The notes below the pieces were generated by a model. The model was not told the origin of the DNA, ran no database searches, and saw only the letters and a program-made list of their open reading frames with translations. Below, one piece after another: positions 49,191 to 59,696 of a stretch of 64,000 nucleotides of DNA (the stretch's first letter is position 1; each line of letters opens with the position of its first letter). A program made the position numbers and the translations under genes. This DNA comes from an uncultured archaeon. GTDB taxonomy: Archaea > Thermoproteota > Bathyarchaeia > Bathyarchaeales > Bathycorpusculaceae. The DNA lies in contig CAWENF010000026.1 of assembly GCA_963810275.1 (NCBI GenBank), positions 38,024 to 102,023 of the forward strand, in the 5' to 3' direction.

Positions 49191-49988
49191 ACGGATATTA
49201 TTGAAGTGATTCCAGTCACAGGTTTACCGCTAATTACAACCGGCGATAACCTAGGCGAAATGATTGTCCACGCCACAGAAAAACAGGGAACTCCCGTTCA
49301 ATCAGGCGACATTGTTGTTGTGACGCATGTGGTGGTTTCCAAGTCTGAAGGCAACGTAATCAACCTCGACACTATCAAACCGTCTCAGAAAGCCTTAGAG
49401 CTTGCAGATCAAACCAACAAGGATCCTGCATTGGTGGAGGTTATTTTGCGTGAAGCCAAAGACATCGTGCGAGTAGGACCCAACAGCATAATCACCGAAA
49501 CTTACAGCGGTACAATATCCGCTAACTCTGGAGTTGACCAGTCAAACGTGGAAGGCGAACGCAACGCTGTACCCTTACCCCAAAAACCTAACATCTCAGC
49601 CGCAAGTATCCGAGGTGAAATTCGAAAAATCAGCGGTAAGGATGTGGCAGTTATTGTTTCTGACACGCATGGCAGACCGTTTCGCATGGGTGAAATCAAT
49701 GTGGCGGTTGGTGTGGCGGGTTTTAAGCCGATTCGAGACCGCCGCGGCGAAAAAGACCTTTTTGGGTACATGTTACGTGTTAAGCAGACGGCAGTGGCAG
49801 ACGAGTTGGCTTCAGCCGCTGAACTGGTAATTGGACAAGCCGACGAGGGTATTCCAGTCGCCATAATCCGAGGATACCATTACATACCCACCGAAGACGC
49901 CCCTGGTCCGCTTATTCGACCTAAAGAAAAAGATCTCTTCAGAACCAACAAGCAAGAAGGTTCAAAAACCTCAGCGCAGCCTAAGTAG
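49191..49988 (+). CDS. cofE: Coenzyme F420-0:L-glutamate ligase, apparent ACG start
   Basis: VSKSEG, ANSGVDQSN, SDTHGRPFR, DELASAA, PVAIIRG, KDLF. Confidence 0.95.
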   Translation, partial: TDIIEVIPVTGLPLITTGDNLGEMIVHATEKQGTPVQSGDIVVVTHVVVSKSEGNVINLDTIKPSQKALELADQTNKDPALVEVILREAKDIVRVGPNSIITETYSGTISANSGVDQSNVEGERNAVPLPQKPNISAASIRGEIRKISGKDVAVIVSDTHGRPFRMGEINVAVGVAGFKPIRDRRGEKDLFGYMLRVKQTAVADELASAAELVIGQADEGIPVAIIRGYHYIPTEDAPGPLIRPKEKDLFRTNKQEGSKTSAQPK

Positions 49989-50007
49989 GATAACCCGAGT
50001 TGAAAAG

Positions 50008-50343
50008 ATGGAAAAAGAAGCCCAAACCCCCCAAGAATTCTTTGAAACCATTCTCCCAGCGAGATTCAAAGCTGAAAAAGCCGAAAGCGTCGATGTCGTT
50101 GCCCAAATTAACGTTTCCGGACCTGAGGGTGGCAACTGGACAATCACTGTGAAAGACAAGAAAATGGAGATCGTCGAGGGCGTTCACGAAAAGCCAGATT
50201 TGACGTTAAAGATGAGTTTAGACGACTTTTTGGATATGGTTAATGGCAAGCTGAGTGCGGAGAAGGCGTTTTTCACGGGGAAAGTGCAGTTTAAGGGTAA
50301 CATTGCAGTTGCTTTGAAGCTGCGTGAAGCAGGCTTCCTGTGA
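50008..50343 (+). CDS. SCP2 sterol/lipid-binding domain protein
   Basis: GGNWTI, PDLTL, AFFTGKVQFKGN. Confidence 0.9.
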   Translation: MEKEAQTPQEFFETILPARFKAEKAESVDVVAQINVSGPEGGNWTITVKDKKMEIVEGVHEKPDLTLKMSLDDFLDMVNGKLSAEKAFFTGKVQFKGNIAVALKLREAGFL

Positions 50344-50398
50344 GTGGTCTTCTTTTAGTTAATTTTAATTTGTCATTTTTGGGTAGCCGCATTGCGCG

Positions 50399-51607
50399 TT
50401 AGCAATGTTTTTTTGGTGCAAGGTGAACTGCCCTTTGCAGCTTTGCTATGCTGGTTTTTTTGAATGAGAAGTTAATTAGGTAAGGCGTTAAGAACGCGGT
50501 GATTATAGTGGCTACTCCGATGATGGGTAGCAGGAAGTCACTTGTGACTCCGAGGTCCTGTCCGCTTTTGGCAACTATGAAGGCGAATTCGCCGATTTGA
50601 CCCATACCTAACCCCACTTGCAACGAGGTACGGCGGGCATAACCGAAAAAGCGTGTTCCAAAGCCACAGCTTGCCAACTTGGTGAAAATGACTGCTATGG
50701 TGATTACAACGGCGGGGAACCAGTACGCAGACATTTGAGTTACATCCATTAGAGCGCCCATGGAAACGAAGAATATGGCTCCGAATACGACTTTGAAGGG
50801 GTCGATTTCGCGGTTGATTTCTTCTCTGAGTTTTGAGCGGGCGATGACTATGCCTATGATGAAGGCGCCGATAGCTGCAGAGAAGCCGATTTGAGTAGAC
50901 ATAATTGCAAACAGAAAACAAAGCCCAATCATGAGTATGTACAGTAATTCGTTGTTTTCGATTTTGGAGAAGCGATCAAGTATTTTTGGGAGGAAGAAGC
51001 CGCCGACTACGAGGGTGCCGCCGATGAAGACCACCAGTTTAACGATTAGCCAAACCGTGGAGGTAAGGGAGATTACGCTTGTTACAGCTACGTCTTGAAG
51101 CATAGCTAGCAGGATAACGACAACCATGTCTTCAACTACTAGAATGCCAAGCATTATGGTGGCGGAGATTTCTTTGAAGCGCCCAGTGTCCCCCAGAACC
51201 TTAGCAATGATGGTTGTGCTGCTGCTAGAAAGTGCTGCACCCAAGAATAGGGTGTCGTAAAAGCCCCAGCCTAGAAAGGCACCCACAACCCAGCTGATAA
51301 TCAACATCAAGGCTATTTCGAGTGCAGAAACGCCTATGACGACACGGCCCAAAGAGCGCAGTTTACTGAGTGGAAACTCTAAGCCTATGGTAAAGAGTAG
51401 CAGGACGACGCCGATTTCGGCGAAAACCGAGAGGAACTCTGTTTGGCTAATCAAGTTAAATGGCAGCGCGTAAGGTCCGATAAGTATACCTGCGATTAGG
51501 TAGCCGATTATAAGGGGTTGTTTGAGCTTGTGAAATATGAATGCCACTACTGAAGCGATAACCATAACCACGGCCAGGTCGGTGATGACTTGGATTTCAA
51601 AGCTCAT
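50399..51607 (-). CDS. Cation:proton antiporter (CPA2/KefB family)
   Basis: GYLIAGILIGP, LLFTIGLE, SSTTII, VVEDM, GQIGEFAF. Confidence 0.93.
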   Translation of the reverse strand: MSFEIQVITDLAVVMVIASVVAFIFHKLKQPLIIGYLIAGILIGPYALPFNLISQTEFLSVFAEIGVVLLLFTIGLEFPLSKLRSLGRVVIGVSALEIALMLIISWVVGAFLGWGFYDTLFLGAALSSSSTTIIAKVLGDTGRFKEISATIMLGILVVEDMVVVILLAMLQDVAVTSVISLTSTVWLIVKLVVFIGGTLVVGGFFLPKILDRFSKIENNELLYILMIGLCFLFAIMSTQIGFSAAIGAFIIGIVIARSKLREEINREIDPFKVVFGAIFFVSMGALMDVTQMSAYWFPAVVITIAVIFTKLASCGFGTRFFGYARRTSLQVGLGMGQIGEFAFIVAKSGQDLGVTSDFLLPIIGVATIITAFLTPYLINFSFKKTSIAKLQRAVHLAPKKHC

Positions 51608-51999
51608 ACCCGTTTTTGTTACGTTGTGTTTGTAATAAGGTTAGCTCACAAACAAAAAAGCAACAAAATGTTAAACAGCGATACTAAAAGGCAAAGCTAT
51701 AGATAGATGAACTTGCGTTTTTTTGCGAGTTCAACGCTAATCTTAAATACAACCTGCCAAATAACGCCATCATTACCTGGTGTCCAATGGGTGCTGGCAG
51801 GTTCACGTATCGGCGAAACAGATGATTTAACTCAGCTGATTTACTCAGCATTTTTTGGATCATCGCTAAACTACTTTCCCCTCAACCAGAGCAGCTTCGT
51901 GTTTTTCACCACAGAATTTTTCTTCCCAGAAAAAGCCAGTTTCTACACCGCAGAATGGTAAATAATTAACACATCCCAGCGAAGGCTAAGGAATAAATT

Positions 52000-53125
52000 A
52001 TGGAAAAAAAACTCAACGAACCCCCCGACCTAAATGAAGAAATAAAAAATCACGGACCACTATCCCTTTTAGACGGCGCAACCCCCCGTGTCCCAACAAT
52101 CACTCCTGAACTGTTTCATGAAAGCAGAATCGCACGTGACCGCACCAAATCCTTGGAAGAGCGACTTGAAAGTTTTGAAATCATCTTGGACTCTGAAGTA
52201 GGAGACACAAGTTTAACACGAGCACGCAATATCGAACGCGAAGTTAGCTTGCGTCAGATTTATCTCAAGTTTGAAGGCGGTAACCCGACAGGCACCCAGA
52301 AAGACCGCATCGCCTTTGCACAGGCTCTTGATGCTTTGCGCCGAGGCTACAACGAAATCACTGTGGCTTCCTGCGGCAACTACGGCGCAGCCATCGCACT
52401 ATCTTCCTACCTTGCGGGTTTGAAATGCATCATTTACGTGCCCGAAGGCTACCATGCTAACCGCCTAAAAGAAATCAAAGCTTTAGGCGCCGATTTAGTG
52501 AAGGTTTCAGGCGACTACGAGGAATCCGTCATTGTTTCACGCAAGAAAGCCGAAGAAAACGGTTACTACGATGCAAATGCAGGTGGAAGCAACACTAACC
52601 TGCAGTTCAAAGCCTACGGCGAAATCGCTTACGAAATCTACGATGAACTCCGTGACGCCCCCGCAGTCGGTCGCTGTGCCAGCCTCAAACGGCTCCACCT
52701 TGGCAGGCATATACCGCGGATTCATAAGCCTCTACAACCGCGGCAAAACCAGTCGCATACCCCGTCTCATCGCAGGTTCCTCGTACGGCATGAACCCCAT
52801 CATCAACGCGTTTGTCAAGAACATGGCTAACTGCTGCGATTTAAACCCAGAAAAAATCCGCAACACCACTGTTAACGAGCCACTGATTAACTGGCGTAGC
52901 ATAGACGGCGACTACGCCTTAACATCGATTCGTCAGAGCCACGGCTGGGCAGCCTATGCCACAGACAAGAGCATGCGGGATTATTCCCGTTTAATCCGCG
53001 ACAAGGAAGGTTTAAACGTGCTTCCAGCCTCCACCGCGGGTCTAATCGCAATGCTTGACAGGCACAAGAAAGAAGCGTACCCAAGCGACCGCTACGTAGT
53101 TATTTTGACGGGGCGCAAAGCGTGA
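52000..53125 (+). CDS. Fold-type II PLP enzyme (threonine synthase-like), frameshift near 52668
   Basis: KFEGGNPTGTQKDR, SCGNYG, VAVPASNGSTLAG, EGL..PAS, VVILTG. Confidence 0.85.
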
Positions 53126-54185
53126 CCGCCATGCCCCAGAAAGCAGTAGTGTACTGCGAGAGCGAGTTCCTAAACGCTAATGGTAAAACCGCTCATGGCT
53201 TAGTACGCTACACCAGGCGATACCAAGTCGCTGCGGTGGTGGATTCCACTGTGCCAGAAGAAGGGTGATGCAGGCGAGATTTTGGAGGGTAAATCACAGG
53301 GATATCCCGCTTTTTCACAGCTTAGAGGAAGCCGTACAGAAAACTAAGCCTGAAACGTTTGTTGTCGGCGCAGTTTCGGAGGGCGGCGTGTTGCCTGAGG
53401 GCTATGATAAAGCCGTCAAGTACGCGCTGGAGCATGGGTTAAACGTGGTTTCGGGTTTGCACCAGTTCATATCCGACATCCCCGAATTCGCCGAATCCGC
53501 CTCAAAGAATGGCTGCACAATCACTGATGTCCGCAAACTGTTCCGTGACCACAAACGCTTCTACACTGGCGAAATCAGCAAAGTAGACGCCACCCGAATC
53601 GCCGTTTTAGGCACGGACTCAGCCATCGGTAAACGCACCACTGCCGTGTTGCTTGTCAACGAACTCAGAAGACGAGGCAGAAGTGCAGACATGATTTTCA
53701 CAGGTCAAACAGGGTGGATGCAGGGGTGGCCCCATGGCGTCGTCTTGGATGCTATGATTAACGATTTCGTGTCAGGCGGCATAGAAGGCGCCATAATCGA
53801 TTCCTGGAAAGATAGTGAACCAGAGTTCATGCTTATTGAGGGCCAGGGCAGTCTTCTGCATCCGTTTTTCCCCGGCGGCTTCGAAATCATGGCGGCTGGG
53901 CAAATCCACGGCTTCATCATGCAGGACGCTCCGGGCCGCACCTACCTTGACGGTTTCCCCGACTACCAGATGCCTGACACCCGTAGAGTAGTCAAGCTGG
54001 CTAAGTTGCTGTCAGGTAAACCACTGGTGGGTATAAGCATAAACCACGAACACATAACCCTCGAGGAAGTTAAAGCCGTTAAACTAGACATTCACCGAAG
54101 GTTCCATGTGCCAGTTGAGGACCCCGTATGGGATGGAGTGGCGAAGTTGGCGGATGCGATAGAAGCACTTCGTGACGGTGAATAA
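53122..54185 (+). CDS. DUF1611 family protein (DgcN-like), frameshift near 53262
   Basis: GKTAHGLVRY in the upstream frame; SGLH, GTDSAIGKRTT, TGQTG, DFVSG, EGQGSL. Confidence 0.9.
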
Positions 54186-54186
54186 C

Positions 54187-55629
54187 TTGAACCTACGCTG
54201 CTTGCGTTAAACATCGCGGTTTCTGAACCCCAAATAAACGGAAAAGCAGTCTCCACACAAATCGAGATAGAAGACCTCGAAGGCAAAAAAAGCAGCTTCA
54301 CACTTCAAGCCAAATATCCCATTGCGCTTTCAGAAGCGGACTTGCCTCTTCTAAGATTGGCGGTTGCGATGCCTCTGCTTAACTACGGCTTATTCGCAGA
54401 CGAAATCCGTCTTGATTTTCCCGTTAGCAAAGCCGATTATGCGCTGTTGACTAGATTTCCTCGAGGTTTTCAGCCGCGACATTTTAATTAACAAGTTTGT
54501 ACGCAAAAAAACCCCATACATCTTGCCCCAGTACGTGCCAACTGAAGCTGAGATTACGGAGGAGAACACTAAAGCCAGAGCAAAAATCATCTCAAAAACC
54601 TTAACGTGCGACGAAGCCATCTGCAAAGATTTGGATTCTAAATCGTGTGGAGTGCTTTCAAGCGGCGGCAAAGAAAGCCTTCTCACTTATGCTATGCTGA
54701 AAGAAACAGGCGCTAACGTCTATCCTCTCTACATCAACGAAAGTGGAGGACACTGGCGCACTGCCCTCGCGGCTTACCGCCACCACCAAAAAACTGAACC
54801 AAATATTGGGCGCGTATGGCTTAACGTGGACCGCTTCTACGTCTTCATGCTTGACCACCTCAGAATCGTTCGCCCCGACCACCGCAAAGTTTGGCTTGAC
54901 ACTTACCCGATTCGCCTCTGCATTTTCCCCGTCTACGTCTTCCACTTGCTGCCAGTGTTTACAGCCAAAGGCATCGGCAACTTACTTATTGGCAGCGAAT
55001 TCGACGACCCCCGAATCGCCCCAATCTACAAAGACATCAAACATTACTTCGGAGTTTACGACCAAACCCAAGACTACGACCTACGCATGGAGCAGTGGTA
55101 CCAGAAGCGGTTGCCCAGCATGCGGCAATGGAGCGCTGTACGTCCAGTTTCAGGCTTAATCGTCGAACGCATTCTCACTCAAAGATACCCGACGCTTGCT
55201 GCCTACCAGCGGAGCTGCCACAGTTGCCGTTTAGAGGCAGGTGAGGTGGTGCCGTGTGGCGAGTGTAGCAAATGCCTCGGAATCCAGCTGTTCTTGCAAG
55301 CCAACGGTGTTAGCCCAGAAAAGATGAATTATAGCCAAAAAGACATCGAACTGTTCCCCAAGCGCTTCGGAGAGGGCGGGATGAGGCTGGACGAGGACGA
55401 AAAGCAACACGCAGCCTACCTATGCAGCGCAAACGGCGTCACAGTTTCGGGCAGAGAACATCCGCATGTGGAGTCCATCCACCTCTACAAACAAACAGGC
55501 GACCTAACGCTTATCCCCAAACAGTTCCGACCTGCACTGATGAGCATCATTGAGCAGTACACCAACAGTTACACCAAACTCGAAGGCGACAAGTGGGTCA
55601 CGGTTTCGAAGTCCGAGTCAGGGGTTTAA
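54187..55629 (+). CDS. PP-loop adenine nucleotide alpha-hydrolase-like protein with a Cys cluster (MurL/QueC-like), frameshifts near 54205 and 54452
   Basis: SSGGKES, SCHSC, PCGECSKC; coding continues upstream of ORF 54523 to TTG at 54187 behind GGTGA. Confidence 0.7.
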
Positions 55630-56083
55630 CCATTCTGACAGCGTTTCGGGTGCCGCAGTGCGCGTAGCGGTAATAGTTGGGCAGTCGCATTTTTTGTTTG
55701 TACCCAGCTTTCTGGTAGAGTGCTAAGGCGTCTTTGTTACCTTCGGAAACCTCAAGCTGAGAGAAACGGCAGCCATGCTTTTCAATTTCCGCTTCCGCGG
55801 CGGCTAGCAGTCTCTGCCCAACACCCATCTTCTGGAATCGGGGGTCAACATCAAGCGTTTCCAAGTAACCCCCCCGTGTGCCCCGTCTGTAAAGCCCCAC
55901 AATAAAGCCGCGAATGCCTTCAGGGCTATCTTCTACTAGGCAGATGCTGTTAGCCTTCAAAACCAGATATGCAAGCTGCTCTCTGGAGTAAGCTGTGGGT
56001 CCGGGGAAGCAGCGCTGCTCGATGGCTGCTATTTCGTCGATGTCGCCTGCCACTGCCCTACGGATACGAGCTTCACCCTGCAT
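55598..56083 (-). CDS. GNAT acetyltransferase (RimI-like)
   Basis: LDVDPRFQKMGVG, LEVSEGN..ALALY..GY, NYY. Confidence 0.9.
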   Translation of the reverse strand: MQGEARIRRAVAGDIDEIAAIEQRCFPGPTAYSREQLAYLVLKANSICLVEDSPEGIRGFIVGLYRRGTRGGYLETLDVDPRFQKMGVGQRLLAAAEAEIEKHGCRFSQLEVSEGNKDALALYQKAGYKQKMRLPNYYRYAHCGTRNAVRMVKPLTRTSKP

Positions 56084-56221
56084 ATTTAATAGCCGAAATA
56101 GAACAACAAAACCCTAAGCAAAAACATTTCTACCAGTCAGGGCGACGGGTTTGTTTGAATATGAATATTTTTATGTAGGCCCCAGTGATTGATTTGATGA
56201 AACCCTCAGAAGGAAAACAGC

Positions 56222-57166
56222 ATGACAAAGATTCCAGTTAAAGACTACAAGTTCACAGAAAACATGACCGTAGACGAGCTTGTCAAGCAGATGGAGCAGG
56301 CGTGGGGCTTCACCGCAGGCAAACTGGCTACAGGCGTCAACATAATGGAAGCGATGGTTGCGGACAAGAAATGTGTAAAGTTCCTCTCTTTCACCGCCGA
56401 CATCATAGCGACTGGCACAAGAGGCGTCATACGCGAGTTAGTTAAGCGTAAATTGGTGGATGTCATCATAACCACTTGCGGTACCTTAGACCACGATGTC
56501 GCTCGGTGCTTCAAAGACTACTACAAAGGCAGTTTCATCATGAGCGACTCTAAACTGCATCATGAAGGAGTCAACAGGTTGGGCAACGTTTTGGTGCCAA
56601 ACGACAGCTATGGCATAATCCTTGAGAAAAAAATGCAAGCCATGCTTACCGATCTCTACAACGAAGGCAAAAAAGAACTCTCCACCACCGAGTTGTCCCG
56701 CGAAATCGGGCTGCGCCTATGTGACGAGTCCTCAATCCTTTACTGGGCAGCCAAAAACAACATACCCATCCATGTGCCCGGCATAACCGACGGCTCAGTG
56801 GGCTACCAGCTTTGGATGTTTAGTCAAGACCACAAAGACTTCCGCATAAACCTGCTCAAAGACGAAGGCATGCTAAGCGACCTCATGTTTGACTCAGAAA
56901 AAAGCGGTGCTCTCATCGTGGGCGGCGGCATAAGCAAGCATCATGTGATTTGGTGGAACCAGTTCAAAGACGGCTTAGACTACGTCGTCTACATTAGCAC
57001 CGCAGACGAGTGGGATGGCAGCTTAAGCGGCGCAAGACCACGCGAAGCAGTGTCGTGGGGCAAAATCAGCGAGAAAGCCAAAAAAATCATGATCGAAGGC
57101 GACGCCACTATGGTGCTGCCAGTCATGACAAGCGCCCTAATCGACCGATTAAGCAAAAAGGACTAA
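56222..57166 (+). CDS. dhs: Deoxyhypusine synthase
   Basis: NRLGNV, TDGSVG, GGGISKHH, DGSLSGARPREAVSWGK, GDAT. Confidence 0.95.
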   Translation: MTKIPVKDYKFTENMTVDELVKQMEQAWGFTAGKLATGVNIMEAMVADKKCVKFLSFTADIIATGTRGVIRELVKRKLVDVIITTCGTLDHDVARCFKDYYKGSFIMSDSKLHHEGVNRLGNVLVPNDSYGIILEKKMQAMLTDLYNEGKKELSTTELSREIGLRLCDESSILYWAAKNNIPIHVPGITDGSVGYQLWMFSQDHKDFRINLLKDEGMLSDLMFDSEKSGALIVGGGISKHHVIWWNQFKDGLDYVVYISTADEWDGSLSGARPREAVSWGKISEKAKKIMIEGDATMVLPVMTSALIDRLSKKD

Positions 57167-57241
57167 CATTCCTTTTTCAGCTTAGTTTTTTAAGAATAAA
57201 ATCAGCCTAATGTTTTTAACGAAAATAAAGAAAGAAAAAGA

Positions 57242-58315
57242 TTATGCTTGTGGCATATCTTTGAAGATCCAGCTCATGTCTGGACCTTGGCGTTTCTCGG
57301 TCACACGCTCAGATAAGGCGTGGCAGATGAGTGGCAATGCGATGGTTGCGTCGCAGTAGCAGACGGCTCTTGTGCCGGTTGCGCTGTTGATTTTGCCCCA
57401 AGAGATGGCTTCTTCGAGTGTGCAGCCTGATAGTCCGCCCCATTGTGGAGAGTCGGTGGTGATTTGGATAGCGTATTTGTGTGGGTAGTAGTATTCTTGG
57501 AGTGATTTGCGTAGGCCGCCTTGTCTGCCTTGGACGCCTTGGTCTTCAGTCATTGGAGAGACGCTGATGGCTATGAGTTGTGTGAGGTCTTTGGGAACGC
57601 CTCCGCCGATGTAGACGACGCCGACTTCTTTGGTTTTGGTACCAATCTGGACGAATTGGTCGAATTCTTTTACGCTGTCGATGTGGACGTTGTGGCCTTT
57701 GTTTTTGGCTAAGAGGAAGGTTTCGCCGTATGCGCTGTCAACCATGGCTGGGCTAAAGATGGGTACGCCGTTAGCTGCGGCAACAGCGGTGATTGAGGGG
57801 ATGTTTTTCTTTCCAAGGTAATGGCCTAAGCCGTTTAGGAACTCGGCTGAAGTGTACATGTAGTCTTCTTTGCAGGTCATAACGTAGCTTGTGACTAGGT
57901 CTTCCATTTCGCGGTAGTCGGTTTCTTTGCCGTACACGTCATAGTAGCGGTTAACGTCGTCGTTTAGCAGTTGTGAGTCATCAACCATGTGGCTGCCTTG
58001 ATAGTAGCCCAAGCCCATGGCGTCCACGATGTCCTCGGACACGTTTGCACCTGTTGAGATGAGCACGTCTATGAAGCGGTTTTCCATAAGCCAATTAACG
58101 ATAGACCACTGACCAGCGGTTGACATGGAGCCTGCGAAGCCCATGGCGATGACTGTGTCTTTTTCTTTAATCATGTTCTCCCATACATCAACGGCTTCGC
58201 CTAGTTTGCGTCCTTGGTAGGCGGTTTTGCTCATTTCTTTTAGTAACTGTGAAATTGGTTTTTGCTTGGTAACTTTGATGGCTTCAAGCTTTTTGCTAAA
58301 GTAATCGTTACTCAA
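57242..58315 (-). CDS. Deoxyhypusine synthase-like protein (second paralog)
   Basis: STGAN, GGGVPKD, WGGLSGCTLEEAISWGK, CDATIALP. Confidence 0.9.
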   Translation of the reverse strand: MSNDYFSKKLEAIKVTKQKPISQLLKEMSKTAYQGRKLGEAVDVWENMIKEKDTVIAMGFAGSMSTAGQWSIVNWLMENRFIDVLISTGANVSEDIVDAMGLGYYQGSHMVDDSQLLNDDVNRYYDVYGKETDYREMEDLVTSYVMTCKEDYMYTSAEFLNGLGHYLGKKNIPSITAVAAANGVPIFSPAMVDSAYGETFLLAKNKGHNVHIDSVKEFDQFVQIGTKTKEVGVVYIGGGVPKDLTQLIAISVSPMTEDQGVQGRQGGLRKSLQEYYYPHKYAIQITTDSPQWGGLSGCTLEEAISWGKINSATGTRAVCYCDATIALPLICHALSERVTEKRQGPDMSWIFKDMPQA

Positions 58316-58414
58316 TGTTAATTGCACCTGCGTTTTATGTTCGAGGGGTCATATTTGAAATTTGTTATTCAAATAATGGGCAACAATCTTTTGCAGTGCA
58401 CAAACGCTTATTTT

Positions 58415-59416
58415 CTAATTGCTCTCTTCTGCAGGGGATAGTACCGGCGGGTATGATTCGTCGGGGTATTGTACATGCAACAGAAGCATAAGTCCCAGCA
58501 CTGAAGAATGCCAATAAGAGCTACCCCCATCGTCACTTGAAGAAGACCATCCGCCATCAGGGTTCTGTACGGCAATGACTCTTTGGATAAAAGAATCGTT
58601 AACCAGTGCACTTTGCCCTGCCAGACAGAGAAACGCTGCTGCTTCCAGTTTTAGATCGGTAATTACATTATCGTCGACGATTATTGCAGCATTTGCATGG
58701 TAGAGGGCGTCCATGTAATCGTTGGATAGCGACATATTATAGTGATTGTCGGTGAACCAAACGGTCGCCAGTAACGCATGTGTTAACAAGTAGCCTCCGC
58801 TGTCAACAGCGTTATGGAATGTTGAATTATAATCAGCCGGCAGAGCTAAACGATCGGAATATAGAGCGGGAACGGTTACAAGGTCGATGTCAGAGCTTAC
58901 AGCATCAAAATCCGTTGATAGCACGATCGTGTTTGAGTAATCTGCCATTCTGCGGAGCACTCGAAGCATTGGTGCTTCAGGGAAGTTGGCTTTGGTTGCA
59001 AGCTGGTCGTCAAACACTATCAAGGAATCGTTGAAGTCACTTATTCCGAAACGCCTGTTTATGACGTCAAGCATTAACAAAGCATGGGGTTCTTTAGTAT
59101 CTGCAAAAAAGTTTGTTGCGTTTCCTACAGCTTCTGAAAGAGTGCGATTCAGTTTTTGTGGAGCGTTTGTAGGTGAAGGAGAGGGCTGGGTAGGGGTTGG
59201 TTTATTGTTTGGGGCGCTTACGGGTTCGTTCTGGGGCGTCTGTTTAGGGTTATCTTGCTGAGTCGATTTACTGGTGGCTTGCGGAGTTGGCTGTATAGGG
59301 TTTTGGGGGTCGGCTTGCGGGTTATCGGGTGCATTAGGTATCGGAAGCGCCAGTAGAGGCACTGCCAGAAGGCAGCATATGACTATTATGCAGATGGCTA
59401 ATGGCAGCTTCGACAT
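58415..59416 (-). CDS. Secreted hypothetical protein with a P/Q/T linker and an alpha/alpha-toroid-like domain
   Basis: N-terminal hydrophobic helix; low-complexity linker; QNPDGGW motif. Confidence 0.65.
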   Translation of the reverse strand: MSKLPLAICIIVICCLLAVPLLALPIPNAPDNPQADPQNPIQPTPQATSKSTQQDNPKQTPQNEPVSAPNNKPTPTQPSPSPTNAPQKLNRTLSEAVGNATNFFADTKEPHALLMLDVINRRFGISDFNDSLIVFDDQLATKANFPEAPMLRVLRRMADYSNTIVLSTDFDAVSSDIDLVTVPALYSDRLALPADYNSTFHNAVDSGGYLLTHALLATVWFTDNHYNMSLSNDYMDALYHANAAIIVDDNVITDLKLEAAAFLCLAGQSALVNDSFIQRVIAVQNPDGGWSSSSDDGGSSYWHSSVLGLMLLLHVQYPDESYPPVLSPAEESN

Positions 59417-59638
59417 AATTGTTCGTGTTAGTTGTGTGGCTTTTATGTTTAGTGTTAAAAAGCATAACTTGCCTGCAGCGAATACGGTCCTCCACCGCCA
59501 CACCCACATAAAGAAAACAAACAAAACAAAGAGCATACAGAGATTGCTATTCTGCTTGTAAAATACTCAGCACAACCAAACAACAACCAAACCCACAACC
59601 CAACAACAAAACAGCAAACACCGACAAACCTGATAGGT

Positions 59639-59670
59639 AGATGATGTGTATAGAGCATACACCATCATCT
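59639..59670. terminator. Imperfect inverted repeat downstream of argS
   Basis: AGATGATGTGTAT-agagc-ATACACCATCATCT beside a minus-strand T-tract. Confidence 0.35.
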
Positions 59671-59696
59671 TCTATTTCAAAAAAAAAGTGGAAAAA

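Noticed and set aside
51707-51961. 84-aa ORF upstream of the PLP enzyme
   Set aside because: No motif or clear RBS, and it lies in a divergent promoter region
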